The notes under the pieces: model-generated
Told to the model about the DNA's origin: nothing
The model's database searches: none
What the model saw: the letters and a program-made list of their open reading frames with translations, nothing else
Program-made: the position numbers and the translations under genes
Shown here: positions 53,628 to 64,000 of the stretch, piece after piece
How the letters are laid out: each line of letters starts with the position of its first letter
How positions within the stretch are numbered: the first letter of the stretch is position 1
Assembly (NCBI GenBank): GCA_963786955.1
Contig: CAWBAT010000009.1
Location: 64,001-128,000, forward strand
Length of the DNA stretch: 64,000 nucleotides
Reading direction: 5' to 3'
DNA from: an uncultured Acidimicrobiia bacterium
GTDB taxonomy: Bacteria; Acidobacteriota; Terriglobia; Versatilivoradales; Versatilivoraceae

Positions 53628-54749
53628 CTACTTGAATAACCGGCTCATCACTTGTCCCCCATAGCCGGTCATTTCAAGATACCCTCGACCCTTCACAGGC
53701 CTTCCCTCTCGACTCCCGGCTACTTCTACCGCCCCCTCCCAATAGTTGACTCCGGTAGATTCCTTCGTTCGGAGTTCCTGATTGAGGACAGTGGGTTGCA
53801 CGGTAAGGTTCAACCTGAGCGGAGCGCACTGAATTTCCCACTTTGTAGGGTATTGGGCGCCACTCTGGTCCGACTGCCAGAGCTGTGTCCCTTTCATCTC
53901 AAAGTCACGCATCCGGAGAGGGGTCGCATGTCCAGAGGCATCCACCCAAGTCCCGCTGGAATGCGAATCGATACGGCCATCTGCTCCCCTTAATTGAAAA
54001 AGCATCAAATCCATCCCATCTTCGAGTTGAATTGAGAACCAATCCCATCCAACCTGTCCCTCCTCGAGGAAGCTGGTTCCAAATTCGTGATCCATCCAAC
54101 TGAGCCCCTGGACGGTGAAGGATCGTCCCTCGAAACTCAACCGACCTGAAGTCGGCATACGAGTCAGAGAATAGTAAAGGGATGCATTACCGCTCTGTCC
54201 GCCCTTCTGACTGAACCCATTTTTTCCATGCCGCACTAGGCGTTTACCTGGAGAGAGAACCAGATCAATACTGATCAGGTCATTGCGGGCAACGAGATGG
54301 TGATCCCCTCGCTCATCCAACCGGACTTCCCAACCCTGATTCCAAACGTGATACTGTTCGCTCGACGCTCCAGCCCAGCCTACGCCCGCCCGATTCATTC
54401 GTTCAGAAAAATGATATTTCTTTCCAGAAATATCCGTAATTGCAAAATGCGTCATGAAAAGATCACGCACCGCCCAGCGCGAAGGGTTCACTGGCTGTGC
54501 GTCCATTCCGACACGGAAAAAGGTTAATTGATATCCAAAACGCTCGCCCGTCGCGGAGAGCAGATTCCCCGTGTAGTACCACCATTCGATCTTGTAGTCC
54601 GGATGGCTCGCATGGTCCTTAGGAAAGCTCAGATTAAGCCCTGGTTGGGGTTGTTTCCAGTTCTCCTGTGGGATCGCTACGAACTGGAGAGCCAAAAGCC
54701 AGATAGAGCCTGACATTATCGCCACTCTCGTCCTACACCGACGCAACAT
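53628..54749 (-). CDS. Lipocalin-like/CrtC-like secreted protein (AttH type)
   Basis: FPKDHASHP, EWWYYTG, WMDHEF, GWDWFS, YWEG and GYLEMTGY. Confidence 0.88.
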   Translation of the reverse strand: MLRRCRTRVAIMSGSIWLLALQFVAIPQENWKQPQPGLNLSFPKDHASHPDYKIEWWYYTGNLLSATGERFGYQLTFFRVGMDAQPVNPSRWAVRDLFMTHFAITDISGKKYHFSERMNRAGVGWAGASSEQYHVWNQGWEVRLDERGDHHLVARNDLISIDLVLSPGKRLVRHGKNGFSQKGGQSGNASLYYSLTRMPTSGRLSFEGRSFTVQGLSWMDHEFGTSFLEEGQVGWDWFSIQLEDGMDLMLFQLRGADGRIDSHSSGTWVDASGHATPLRMRDFEMKGTQLWQSDQSGAQYPTKWEIQCAPLRLNLTVQPTVLNQELRTKESTGVNYWEGAVEVAGSREGRPVKGRGYLEMTGYGGQVMSRLFK

Positions 54750-54789
54750 TGTGATTCCTGATCTCAACTTTTTTAATCCCTCCAATCCA

Positions 54790-54899
54790 GTCCACGTCCG
54801 GGGCTACCGGCCCCGGCCACAACTTCTTGACGTTAGCTGTAGCCGGCCTCGTTGAGGCCGGTCCATGTCCGGCGCCAACGGCCCCGGCCACAACTTTTC
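54790..54899. repeat. Diverged copy (about 1.5 units) of the 71-bp REPIN
   Basis: TGTAGCCGGCCTCGTTGAGGCCGGTCCATGTCCGG is identical to the array unit. Confidence 0.9.
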
Positions 54900-54916
54900 T
54901 TCACAATAACATTCAT

Positions 54917-57499
54917 TTACTCTTCGGCTAATTCAGAAATTGCGTTCAAACGCGCCGCGCGTTGTGCGGGATACCATCCCGCCACAAACGCGGCCGCCAA
55001 AATGAGCAGCGAGGACTGCACTACAAAGTGCAAGGGAAAGTGAAACTGGATCGTCCAGCCAAAGCTTTGAACATTAATCACATGGATCAGAACCCATGAC
55101 AGCGCCAGCCCAATGAAGACGCCAATCACCTGGCTCACTCCCGCCAACAAGAGAGCCTCTATAAAGACCATCTTTTTAAGCTGGCGAACCTCCGTACCGA
55201 CCAGTCGGAGGTAAGCCAATTCCTTTCTCCGCTCCAATATCAAGGTCAACAAAGTACTCGCCACACCGAGAATCGCAACAAAAATAGAGATTAGCTCAAG
55301 GGCATAAGTGATCTCAAAAGTGCTGTCGAAAATCCGCAAAATCTCCCGACGCAAGGAGGAATTTGTATGGATGAAAACATGGTAAGTCTTTCCCAGCGAT
55401 GCCAATATTCTGGAACGAGCGCCTTCTGCCGATACTCCTTCCTGAAGATAGATAGCGAGACTGAAGGGCTGAATTTCCCCAAAATTCCGGGTGAAGGTAC
55501 GATTGTCCATCAGGATCGTGCCACGATCATTCGTGTAGTCATAGAAAATCGCTGTCACAAGAAATATCTTTTCCCCCGAAGGCATCGCGAGCTTCAACTC
55601 ATCGCCCACCTGTTTGTTATATTTGTAGGAGAAGCTTTCTGAAACGATGACCACATCCTGACCGATCGCTGCTCGCAATGCTTCCCTGCCCTCCTGCGGA
55701 TTCTTGATCAAAAGCTGTCCGCGCTTTCTAAGCACCTCAAAGTCACGGGCACCCAGATTAATCATGCTTTCCCCAAACGGAAGAGTGAAACTCCGAAAGC
55801 CGTCAACCGCAGCCACATCCGGATTCTCGCGAAAAAGAGTCACCAGCTGGGGTGAAAGGTGCGTTTCTGTCCCATTCGCAGAACGCCCGGCAGGGCGAAC
55901 ATAAAGGTCAGCCTGCAAGGTTTGGCCGACCCAATAGATCACCGTGTCGCGGAAACTTTCGATCATGATGGCAATAGCGGCCATCATCGATAGACTCACC
56001 GCGAGCGCCGCAACCGAAATAGAAATACGCGAGATCCCTCCTTTGAGATTTGCGTTGGCCAGTTTTCCTTCCACTCCAAACATTTTTGACAACGGGATTG
56101 AGCCGACCCGTCCTAAAAGGTAAAGAACAGCAGGTGTCAGAAATGCAGTGCCAAATACAATGGCCACGGCAGAAAGGTATCCGAATACAGGGATACTGCC
56201 TTTAGGCTTCACGTTAGCAAGCCCGGCCCCCAGCGCGAAGAATACAGTGGGAAGAACAATATGCCTCTTCTTCAAGCGGAATCGAGTCTCCAGGCGATCC
56301 GCCCCCGTGATGGCCGACAAAGGAGTGACTCTGGAGGCTTCCCAGGAGGGGATCAATGCCGCAAGCAGTGAGAGAGGCATTCCCATTCCAAAGGCAAGCG
56401 CCACATCCGCCCAGCCTAGTGACGGTAGCTTGGAAGCCGTGGCAATATAGAGAACCTTAACAGTAGTTCCGGTGATTTTTAGAGCCAACTCAGCCAGGAA
56501 GCGGCTACCCAGCAGTCCCGTGAAGCATCCACAGATCGCAATCAGTGCGGCTTCGGCAAGAAACAAGAGCATGACGGTTAACCGCGAAGTCCCCAAGGCC
56601 CGCAGGATACCGATTTCCTGACGCCGGCTGATCACTGAAATGGAGATCGTGTTGTAAATCAAGAAGAGCCCCACCAGCATGGAGATGTAAGACAAAGCGG
56701 TTAGGTTAAAGTGAAACGCCTCCAACATCTTCTCGACTTGTTCTCCCCGGCGAGAAGGAAGCTGGATAATCCAACCCGGGGGTAAGTTTTGGGAAATTTT
56801 CTCTTGCAGCGCTGAGGAAGAGATCTTAGTCCCAGGTATGATCTCGAGCCGGTCAATTTTTCCCAATCGATCGAACGCCCACTGTGCGGCAGCAATGTCC
56901 ATCAACAAGAAATTCCCATCCATGGCCCTGGCGGGTCCATCATCGCGAAGCAATCCGCGAACCAGGAACTTCTGGGATCGATCTCTAATGATAAGATCGA
57001 GTGGCGAACCTACGGTCAGTCCGTAACGAGATGCAAATTTTTCTGTGATCACAACGCTTTGGGGGTCTAGAAGAAGCCGCAGGAACTCTTCAGGGGTGGG
57101 GTCTCGTCTTTGGGCCTCAAATTCCAACAGACGATATTCCCGAAAAGGCCGGTCGCGTAAAATGTCGACGCCCAAGATGCGTAGAGACTCTGCTTCGCCC
57201 TTTGGCCCAACAAATTCGCCTTCTCCCTCAATGACTGGACTAAGCTCTCCATATTCGCTTAGCCAGGAAAGACTGGTTAAGAGGTCTTCGTCGAGGCCTA
57301 TTCCGCTGGATCTAATTTCCAACCCGGCCTTTCCTGATAGAGTTTCCACGGCGGTCGCAAACCCGAGCAGAGAGGCCCGGTTGGCCATCTGAATGGCCAA
57401 GACTACCGCTACTCCCAAAGTAATCCCCAGAATAGAGACGGCAACCCGAAGGCGCTCTTTAGCAAGGGTCCGCAGGATAAACTGACGCAGAAGAGTCAT
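54917..57499 (-). CDS. Duplicated FtsX-type ABC permease (AttF/G-like)
   Basis: Two permease repeats, [12 protein letters not shown] and [10 protein letters not shown]; [10 protein letters not shown]. Confidence 0.9.
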   Translation of the reverse strand: MTLLRQFILRTLAKERLRVAVSILGITLGVAVVLAIQMANRASLLGFATAVETLSGKAGLEIRSSGIGLDEDLLTSLSWLSEYGELSPVIEGEGEFVGPKGEAESLRILGVDILRDRPFREYRLLEFEAQRRDPTPEEFLRLLLDPQSVVITEKFASRYGLTVGSPLDLIIRDRSQKFLVRGLLRDDGPARAMDGNFLLMDIAAAQWAFDRLGKIDRLEIIPGTKISSSALQEKISQNLPPGWIIQLPSRRGEQVEKMLEAFHFNLTALSYISMLVGLFLIYNTISISVISRRQEIGILRALGTSRLTVMLLFLAEAALIAICGCFTGLLGSRFLAELALKITGTTVKVLYIATASKLPSLGWADVALAFGMGMPLSLLAALIPSWEASRVTPLSAITGADRLETRFRLKKRHIVLPTVFFALGAGLANVKPKGSIPVFGYLSAVAIVFGTAFLTPAVLYLLGRVGSIPLSKMFGVEGKLANANLKGGISRISISVAALAVSLSMMAAIAIMIESFRDTVIYWVGQTLQADLYVRPAGRSANGTETHLSPQLVTLFRENPDVAAVDGFRSFTLPFGESMINLGARDFEVLRKRGQLLIKNPQEGREALRAAIGQDVVIVSESFSYKYNKQVGDELKLAMPSGEKIFLVTAIFYDYTNDRGTILMDNRTFTRNFGEIQPFSLAIYLQEGVSAEGARSRILASLGKTYHVFIHTNSSLRREILRIFDSTFEITYALELISIFVAILGVASTLLTLILERRKELAYLRLVGTEVRQLKKMVFIEALLLAGVSQVIGVFIGLALSWVLIHVINVQSFGWTIQFHFPLHFVVQSSLLILAAAFVAGWYPAQRAARLNAISELAEE

Positions 57500-58170
57500 T
57501 CGTTGACCATTCGCCCATCACGCATATGTAGGACTTTTTTGGCGCTAGAGGCTATTTCCGGAGAGTGAGTGGCCAACAACACGGTAACGCCCAATTGCTC
57601 ATTCAGGTGTTGCAGGAGTTGAATCACCCGCTCCCCGTTCTGCGAATCGAGGCTACCCGTGGGCTCATCGGCAATCAGTAAAGCCGGCCTATGGACCAAC
57701 GCCCGAGCGATCGCGGCGCGCTGCATTTCCCCGCCGGAAAGCTGTTGCGGATAGTGAGTCAAACGTGCTTCCAACCCTACCTTGCTTAGCCAGTCCTCCG
57801 CTTCCTTGGTGGAGTGAATGTTGCCATGACCAGCAAGCTGCAAAGGCAAAGCCACATTCTCGAGAACCGTCAAGGTAGGCAAAAGGTTAAAAAATTGAAA
57901 AATAAATCCAACCCGACTGCGGCGAAGCCGGGTGAGCTGTGAATCCGTCAAGCGGTCCAAACGGACATTCTCAATAGAAACGCTTCCGGAGGTTGGCAAA
58001 TCCATTGCACCACAAAGGTGGAGCAACGTGGACTTGCCGCACCCCGAAGGGCCCATCAGAGCCACAAAGTCCCCACGTTTCAACAGGAGACTGACTCCTT
58101 TGAGCACTTCGACAGGTTCAAATCCATTGTTATAATTTTTTCGAAGCTCTTCCGCGTCTAAAATGACCAA
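57496..58170 (-). CDS. ABC transporter ATP-binding protein (LolD-like)
   Basis: [16 protein letters not shown] and ADEPTG. TTG start with GGAGG. Confidence 0.95.
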   Translation of the reverse strand: MVILDAEELRKNYNNGFEPVEVLKGVSLLLKRGDFVALMGPSGCGKSTLLHLCGAMDLPTSGSVSIENVRLDRLTDSQLTRLRRSRVGFIFQFFNLLPTLTVLENVALPLQLAGHGNIHSTKEAEDWLSKVGLEARLTHYPQQLSGGEMQRAAIARALVHRPALLIADEPTGSLDSQNGERVIQLLQHLNEQLGVTVLLATHSPEIASSAKKVLHMRDGRMVNE

Positions 58171-58441
58171 ACAGGCCTCCAATTCGAAGTAATAGCCGGC
58201 AATACCAACAAAACCTTTCAGCCTCAAAACAAGGATATCGAAATTACTTTCATATGAGAATCAACGGACTGCTAAAATGTGACCGATGTTTTCTTTCCCC
58301 GCAATAATGGGATGCAAACCACCTCATTTTCGTCTAGCCCAGGGAGTTTTGCTCGGAGGAGCAGCCCATTTGCAGTGGCTAACACCAAGAGACTAGTTTC
58401 ATTCATTGGTCACGGTCAATCACTAGAAAGGTATCTGAAGT

Positions 58442-59863
58442 TTGAAAAAACGGTTCTTTATTAAGCGATCCCGCATCGAATCACCGGCGGAAAAAGTATT
58501 TCGTTGGCATTGCCGGGCTGGTGCGTTTGAGCGCCTTCAACCTCCATGGGAATCGGTTCGAATCCTCGAAAGAACCGGAGGGATTGAACCCGGGTCGAGA
58601 GTGGAACTCAGTGTGGGAATCGGCCCGCTACGCCAACGCTGGATTGCCGAACATCAAGGATTCCTCATGCCCAAAGCAGGTCAGGGAGATGCGACAGCCG
58701 AGTTCTGGCAATTTCAAGATGTCCAAGTCCAGGGTCCTTTTGCTCATTGGATTCACACTCATAAAGTGGAAGCCGACGGCAATAATGCTTGCTATTTGGA
58801 AGATCGTATAGAATATGCATTGCCATGGGGCAGGATCGGGGATTGGATTGGCAATCCGATTATGATTTCTAAATTGAAGCGTCTATTCACGTATCGCCAT
58901 CGGGTAACGGCAAATGACGCAGCATATCAGAGTGGCCCGAAAGGAGATCGCGTCATGAAGATTCTCGTTACTGGATCAACAGGATTCATGGGTTCTGCCC
59001 TGGTACCTTTCCTCACAACCGCAGGACATCAAGTCAGCCGTCTGTTCCGATCGAAGTCGACAAAGTTCCATGGCATGGAATCAGCAATTTCGTGGAATCC
59101 AGAAGCGGATGTGCTCGACTTAGCAAGCTTGGAAGGCTTTGATGCTGTTATTCATCTTGCCGGGGAAAGCATCGCGGGCGGTCGTTGGAGTTCGCAACGA
59201 AAGACCCAAATCCTGGAGAGCCGTTCCAAGGGAACGCGATTGCTTTCCGAGACTCTCAGCAGACTCGCTCATCCTCCCAAGGTGCTTATCAGCGCCTCCG
59301 CCATCGGGTATTATGGCGATCGTGGAGAAGAAAGGCTGAATGAACAAAGCTCCCCCGGCTCCGACTTCCTCGCAAAGGTTTGCCAGGAATGGGAAAAAGC
59401 TTCAACTGCCGCATCCGACGCTGGAATTCGGGTTCTAAACCTTCGTTTTGGCATCGTCCTTTCGACTACCGGGGGTGCCTTGCAGCGGATGCTGACCCCT
59501 TTTCGTTTGGGAGTAGGTGGTATTATAGGCAACGGCAGCCAATTCATGAGTTGGATTGCACTGGATGAACTTCTCGGCGTGATTCAGCACACACTGGTGA
59601 CTGATCAGCTGAGAGGTCCGATAAACGTGGCCTCACCCAACCCGGTAACGAATCGGGAATTCACCAAAACGTTGGGTCGAATTTTAGGACGCCCGACGAT
59701 TCTTCCAATGCCTGCTTTCGCCGCTAAATTGGCATTCGGGGAGATGGCCGAGGCACTGCTGCTTTCCAGCCAGCGAATAGAACCGCAACGTTTATTGCAG
59801 ACAGGTTACTCTTTTCGTTTTCCCGAGCTCGAAGGAGCGTTAAGATACCTGATGGGAAAGTAG
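58442..59863 (+). CDS. SRPBCC domain fused to a TIGR01777 oxidoreductase/epimerase
   Basis: N-terminal RLQPPW, QGPFAHWIHTH and FTYRH; then TGSTGFMG, HLAGE, SASAIGYYG and WIALDE. Confidence 0.92.
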   Translation: MKKRFFIKRSRIESPAEKVFRWHCRAGAFERLQPPWESVRILERTGGIEPGSRVELSVGIGPLRQRWIAEHQGFLMPKAGQGDATAEFWQFQDVQVQGPFAHWIHTHKVEADGNNACYLEDRIEYALPWGRIGDWIGNPIMISKLKRLFTYRHRVTANDAAYQSGPKGDRVMKILVTGSTGFMGSALVPFLTTAGHQVSRLFRSKSTKFHGMESAISWNPEADVLDLASLEGFDAVIHLAGESIAGGRWSSQRKTQILESRSKGTRLLSETLSRLAHPPKVLISASAIGYYGDRGEERLNEQSSPGSDFLAKVCQEWEKASTAASDAGIRVLNLRFGIVLSTTGGALQRMLTPFRLGVGGIIGNGSQFMSWIALDELLGVIQHTLVTDQLRGPINVASPNPVTNREFTKTLGRILGRPTILPMPAFAAKLAFGEMAEALLLSSQRIEPQRLLQTGYSFRFPELEGALRYLMGK

Positions 59864-59903
59864 TTTCGTCGTTTAAAAATAACATTCATCAAGGGGAATG
59901 CAA

Positions 59904-60251
59904 ATGAGTGCCATCGATTGGTCTTATCATCGTCCGGGTTGAAAGACCTGCGCCAGAACGCAGGAGTTTCTTGCGAAGAAAAAAATCAACCCGACCACCC
60001 AAATTGACGCCAGGAAGACGACTTTGAAGGAACAGGATGCTTTGGCGTTAATTCGCGATATTGATGAAATCTATGCCATGAGAGGAAAGAAAATACTGCA
60101 TGTTGACCTCAAGAAAGAGAAGCCTGACAACGCCACACTTTCAGGCATGCTTCTTGGCCCAACCGGAAACTTGCGCGCCCCGACTCTCCGAAAAGGTCGC
60201 ACCCTTATTGTTGGGTTTGATCCGGAAACCTACTCGAAATTACTACCTTGA
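59904..60251 (+). CDS. ArsC/Spx-like thioredoxin-fold selenoprotein (UxxC), 115 aa
   Basis: ATG with AAGGGG SD. MSAIDWSYHRPG-TGA(59940)-KTCARTQEFL continues in frame into the track ORF with LGPTGNLRAPTLRKG...VGF. A hairpin follows the UGA. Confidence 0.85.
59943..59972 (+). promoter_or_regulatory. Putative bacterial SECIS element
   Basis: CCTGCG-CCAGAA-CGCAGG stem-loop (59947-59964) just after the UGA, with a G in the loop and a possible lower AAGA/TCTT stem. Confidence 0.6.
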
Positions 60252-60354
60252 CGTTGCTTCATATCCAGTCGTTTTCAAAGAATTATGAAAGGGACCAAAG
60301 CGCAAATCCAGTACTATTCCTGTCCGCTGATTGACTGCCTACCCTCTTTGCAAG

Positions 60355-60531
60355 GGAAGGTGTGAAGAAATTCAATTTTGGTTCCCCTCCTTGGTTGTTT
60401 TCTTTTGGGACATAGGTAAGGAGGGGGCAAGGGGGTGGTCGTAAGTCCTGCGGGACGAACCCCCTGAAGTCCCCCTTAACCAAGTGGGACACTCGCAGAG
60501 CAACACCGAATCCAATTCCTTCAAACCTTCC
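60355..60531. mobile_element. MITE-like element with 18-bp terminal inverted repeats and a CCCCT/AGGGG palindromic core
   Basis: GGAAGGTGTGAAGAAATT / AATTCCTTCAAACCTTCC (16 of 18 complementary). Confidence 0.6.
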
Positions 60532-60792
60532 GGGGTCGGAGGGGAGCCCACGCCTATGGAGGTTTACGATGATTTTTATTCCCACTCCGACGGGAACAGT
60601 TTCGGCCAGAGTTGTGGGGCCAACTTGACTTATTGTATTCATTTATCTGTAGCTTAGTGTCATTTCGACCGATTAGTTATTGTTCTCGCGAAGGGCTGGA
60701 AGATTAACCGCACACGGCCAAAACCGTGTGGCGCTATTGACGAACACCTCATTCAATCCAAGTTGGAATCACTTTCTAAGGAGCCTATCGTT

Positions 60793-62043
60793 TTGTCTAA
60801 TCCAGAGATTGTAATTGTCGGTGGTGGAATTGCTGGCCTCTGCTGTGCCAGACGGCTACACCAAGAAGGCATTGCTTGCTTAATCTTGGAAGGATCGGAC
60901 GCCATTGGTGGAAGGATTCGGACCGATTCTGTAGACGGATTCTTATTGGATCGCGGTTTTCAAACTCTGTTGACCTCTTACCCTGAAGCCCAGAAATTCT
61001 TGGATTTTCCTTCGCTCGATCTCCACTCCTTCTTTCCCGGCGCCTTGATACGACTGAATGAGGGATTCCGCAAGCTTTCGGACCCCTGGAAAAGCCCCAT
61101 GGCAGTAACCCGGCAACTTTTCTCTTCCGTGGGCAGTCTTTCAGACAAATTGCGGATCGCCAAACTTCGCTGGAGAGTCCTCTCGGCTTCACTCGACGAC
61201 CTGCTGACCGCTCCAGAGACTACAACCCTGGCCGACTTACAAAACAGCGGTTTCACTCCAGCGATCATCGAACAGTTCTTCAGGCCTTTCTTTGGAGGGG
61301 TTTTCCTGGAGCCCGACTTGCAAACTTCAAGTCGGCTTTTTCATTTTGTATTCAGAATGTTCGCCACCGGAAAGGCCTCATTACCCGCATTGGGAATGGA
61401 AAGAATTCCGCAGTCGATTGCCTCTGGATTGCCCCAGGGCTCCATTTTAGTAGATGCCAGGGTGTCCAAGATTGAGGCTTCTGGAGTAGTTTTGGAGGCC
61501 GGAGAACGAATTCCAGCCCGCACCATTGTCCTTGCGACCGATGGCCCCCAGGCCGCTCGGTTGTTGAGCCATATTCCTCGGCCCGCTTCGCGCAGTGTCA
61601 CTTGCCTTTATTTTGCAGCCGACAAATCGCCGCTGAAGGATCCGATCCTAGTTGTAAACAGCACCGGCAAAGGTCCGATTAATCATTTCTGTGTTCCCAG
61701 CCAAATCGCTCCGAGTTACGCTCCCTCCGGGGCAGCCCTGCTGTCCGTCACGGTGCTGGGGAAACTTAAGCAGCAATATGAACCATTAGAGACGGCGGTC
61801 AGGACTCAGTTATACGATTGGTTTGGATCGGAATCTCTCGGCTGGAAGCATCTCAGAACTTATAATATCCTTCATGCTCTGCCCGCCCAAGAGCCTCCCA
61901 CGGTGCCTTCTTTGACCCGTGCGACCCAATTGAATCGTGGGCTTTACATTTGTGGAGATTACACCGACACCGCTTCAATCAACGGAGCTATGGCGTCTGG
62001 TCGGCGAGTGGCAGAAGCCATCATTCAAGACTTGCATCAATAA
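60793..62043 (+). CDS. FAD-dependent oxidoreductase (flavin amine oxidase/phytoene desaturase superfamily)
   Basis: VGGGIAGL, GGRIRT, LDRGFQ, CGD and GAMASG. TTG start with AAGGAG. Confidence 0.9.
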   Translation: MSNPEIVIVGGGIAGLCCARRLHQEGIACLILEGSDAIGGRIRTDSVDGFLLDRGFQTLLTSYPEAQKFLDFPSLDLHSFFPGALIRLNEGFRKLSDPWKSPMAVTRQLFSSVGSLSDKLRIAKLRWRVLSASLDDLLTAPETTTLADLQNSGFTPAIIEQFFRPFFGGVFLEPDLQTSSRLFHFVFRMFATGKASLPALGMERIPQSIASGLPQGSILVDARVSKIEASGVVLEAGERIPARTIVLATDGPQAARLLSHIPRPASRSVTCLYFAADKSPLKDPILVVNSTGKGPINHFCVPSQIAPSYAPSGAALLSVTVLGKLKQQYEPLETAVRTQLYDWFGSESLGWKHLRTYNILHALPAQEPPTVPSLTRATQLNRGLYICGDYTDTASINGAMASGRRVAEAIIQDLHQ

Positions 62044-62180
62044 ACAGCCCTTGCGGTTGCGCTCTAATGCCGGCGAAAGTTGCCCGTCGCAACAGAGAAT
62101 GGCAACGCAGGCAGTTGCACTTCGGGGCGCAACTTGCCCTGTCTTCAAACGGCAATCACTGATCCCGATTCGAAAATGGG

Positions 62181-64000
62181 CTAAAACTCGTCAGAGTTTA
62201 CTCGAGGGAAGCGCCCAAAATAAAGCGCATGAGCGAAGAGGGCTGTCACCTGAAAATCCAACCACAAGTTTGTCACGAAACGCACGGGCGACAGGCCGAA
62301 GATACTGCGCCGTCGGAATCGATCAATGATGCGCATCCAATTACGATTGATATCTTCGCGGGTGTAAACAAGCTGGGTGGCATAAAACAAGTTCCATTGC
62401 TGCCAGTATAAAATGATTTTAGATGGCACTTTCATAGCCGGCAAATGGGTGCGCGCACGTTGGTACGCCAATTGCAGTTCAGCAACCGTCAGGCGCCTCT
62501 CCACAGAAGCATAAACCCGGCGCAACTCTTCCGACAACACTTGTTCAGCCGCGCTGCGGGGTCGAGTCTGGATCCATAGTTCCTGCATTTCCCAAATCAG
62601 TTGGATCATCCCCTTAAAATACGTACTCAGTTCATGGAAACGCATTCTCGAAAATGCCCAGAAAGCGGGGGCCACGACTCCGCTTCGCATGGCACTCCTG
62701 CTCTTCTTTCGCAGGAAACCTGCCATCATGGGGTGACGTTTTTCTAGCAGCGAGGCATTTTTATACCAAATGAAGTTCTTCATGATGTTCCAGTAGTTCC
62801 GGGCAGAGGCATTCGAGAGAACACGCTTCATGTTCTCGAAACTGTAAAAGGTTTCCCAGGCTTCGTCGTAGATCCGCCGGAGCGACCCCGGCTCTGGAAA
62901 ATTTGCGAAATTCATAAGCTCATGCATGGAATCATACTTATTGTAATCCGGATCCATGTATTCACCCCGCTTCACCATTTCCTGATGGTCGCGGGATCCT
63001 GGCAGGGGGATTAGAATAAAAAAGGAGGCCTGCTCAACCTTAATCTCATGCATCAACTTTTGGAAGTCCGCGCGCAAAGATTCCGCCGTATCGTGCGGAA
63101 ATCCGAGGATAAACCCGACATGCGTCGCGATCTCGGCATCATGCCAGGCCTGGATGAGATTAACATAGTCACTGGCCTTGTTTTGCGTCTTGCCGGCATC
63201 TTTCAAGCTCATCGGGTTGATACTTTCCATTCCAATAAAGACCTGCGTGCAACCGGCCTGCCGGGCCTTGGCCACAAAATTCGGGATCTTGTAGGAGAGC
63301 ACATCCACCTGCATCATGAACTGAACCTTAATTTGTTCCGTCTCTCGAAGGGAAATCAGGGCATCGAAAATGGATTCCCAAGCCGTATTGCGAGCAAAAT
63401 TATCGTCGGTAAAAAAATAGAAATTCACCCGGCGGCGGCGCCAGTTTTCCCGCAGGGCCTCCGCGACGGTTTCCGCTGACCGAACCCGCATCTTGCGTCC
63501 CTGAACATTGATGATTGTACAGAAGCTGCAGTTAAACGGACAACCCCGCCCGCAATCAATGGTCCCGTAGTTGGAGGCCATAAAGCGCTTCATGAGTCGC
63601 TTGTCAACCAACGGAATGGGTTGATAGCGCAGATCCGGGCTATCACTCACAAAATCGTAGAGCGGCTTCAGCTGCCCATTCACCGCGTCATTCAACAATC
63701 CAGACCAGGTCTCTTCCACTTCACCTTTGACGATCGTGACCCCTTCGTCCATGAGAGACTGGATATCCTCCGGGATGCCGGGGATCATCGAGAGAAGACC
63801 GCTGACATGAAATCCCCCAATCAGTACGGTGATTCCGGCAGCTCTAAAATTTCGGGCCAGGTCGGAAGCGCGAGGGAATTGATTACTCTGCACGCCCACG
63901 AGACAAACAATCACCTGCTGATCCTTGTTCCGGGCCGACTGGCAGATTTTTTTTACGGGAATCTTCTGAACCGTCTCATCGAAGAGATGCACATTCAAGT
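62181..64000 (-). CDS. B12-binding-type radical SAM protein (5' end outside the window)
   Basis: IGGFH, RGCPFNCSFC, FTDDNF and FIGMES. Confidence 0.88.
   Translation of the reverse strand, partial: LNVHLFDETVQKIPVKKICQSARNKDQQVIVCLVGVQSNQFPRASDLARNFRAAGITVLIGGFHVSGLLSMIPGIPEDIQSLMDEGVTIVKGEVEETWSGLLNDAVNGQLKPLYDFVSDSPDLRYQPIPLVDKRLMKRFMASNYGTIDCGRGCPFNCSFCTIINVQGRKMRVRSAETVAEALRENWRRRRVNFYFFTDDNFARNTAWESIFDALISLRETEQIKVQFMMQVDVLSYKIPNFVAKARQAGCTQVFIGMESINPMSLKDAGKTQNKASDYVNLIQAWHDAEIATHVGFILGFPHDTAESLRADFQKLMHEIKVEQASFFILIPLPGSRDHQEMVKRGEYMDPDYNKYDSMHELMNFANFPEPGSLRRIYDEAWETFYSFENMKRVLSNASARNYWNIMKNFIWYKNASLLEKRHPMMAGFLRKKSRSAMRSGVVAPAFWAFSRMRFHELSTYFKGMIQLIWEMQELWIQTRPRSAAEQVLSEELRRVYASVERRLTVAELQLAYQRARTHLPAMKVPSKIILYWQQWNLFYATQLVYTREDINRNWMRIIDRFRRRSIFGLSPVRFVTNLWLDFQVTALFAHALYFGRFPRVNSDEF

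Noticed and set aside
60283-60642. 119-aa minus-strand ORF
   Set aside because: It overlaps the MITE-like palindromic element and has no protein-like motifs.

Overview
A mostly housekeeping bacterial chromosome segment, probably Acidobacteriota (an inference from gene content such as SMC with a long head insertion, tandem MacB-type permeases and bshA/bshB1, not a database result). Core loci are ligA; phoH-ybeY-CNNM-era-queE; nnr-tsaE-bshB1-bshA-NYN; tRNA-Gly(GCC); trpB2, galT, yraN and cysS; smc; purC-cvpA-fis; CIRCE-controlled groES-groEL; dprA-topA-trmFO-xerC; queG; and ABC permeases. A small accessory block (two-component system, arylsulfatase, beta-barrel) sits between cysS and smc. Items missed by the ORF track: a probable ArsC-like selenoprotein with an in-frame UGA, a UxxC motif and a SECIS-like hairpin; a 57-aa membrane microprotein; an ~180-nt candidate structured RNA; and two +1 frameshifts (a NarL-type regulator and queG). 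Intergenic DNA is rich in small non-autonomous palindromic elements: a duplicated 71-72-bp REPIN tandem array, a shared terminal repeat enclosing different cores, and a GGGTGG-hairpin family bracketing the sulfatase genes. I saw no CRISPR array, phage or transposase gene.
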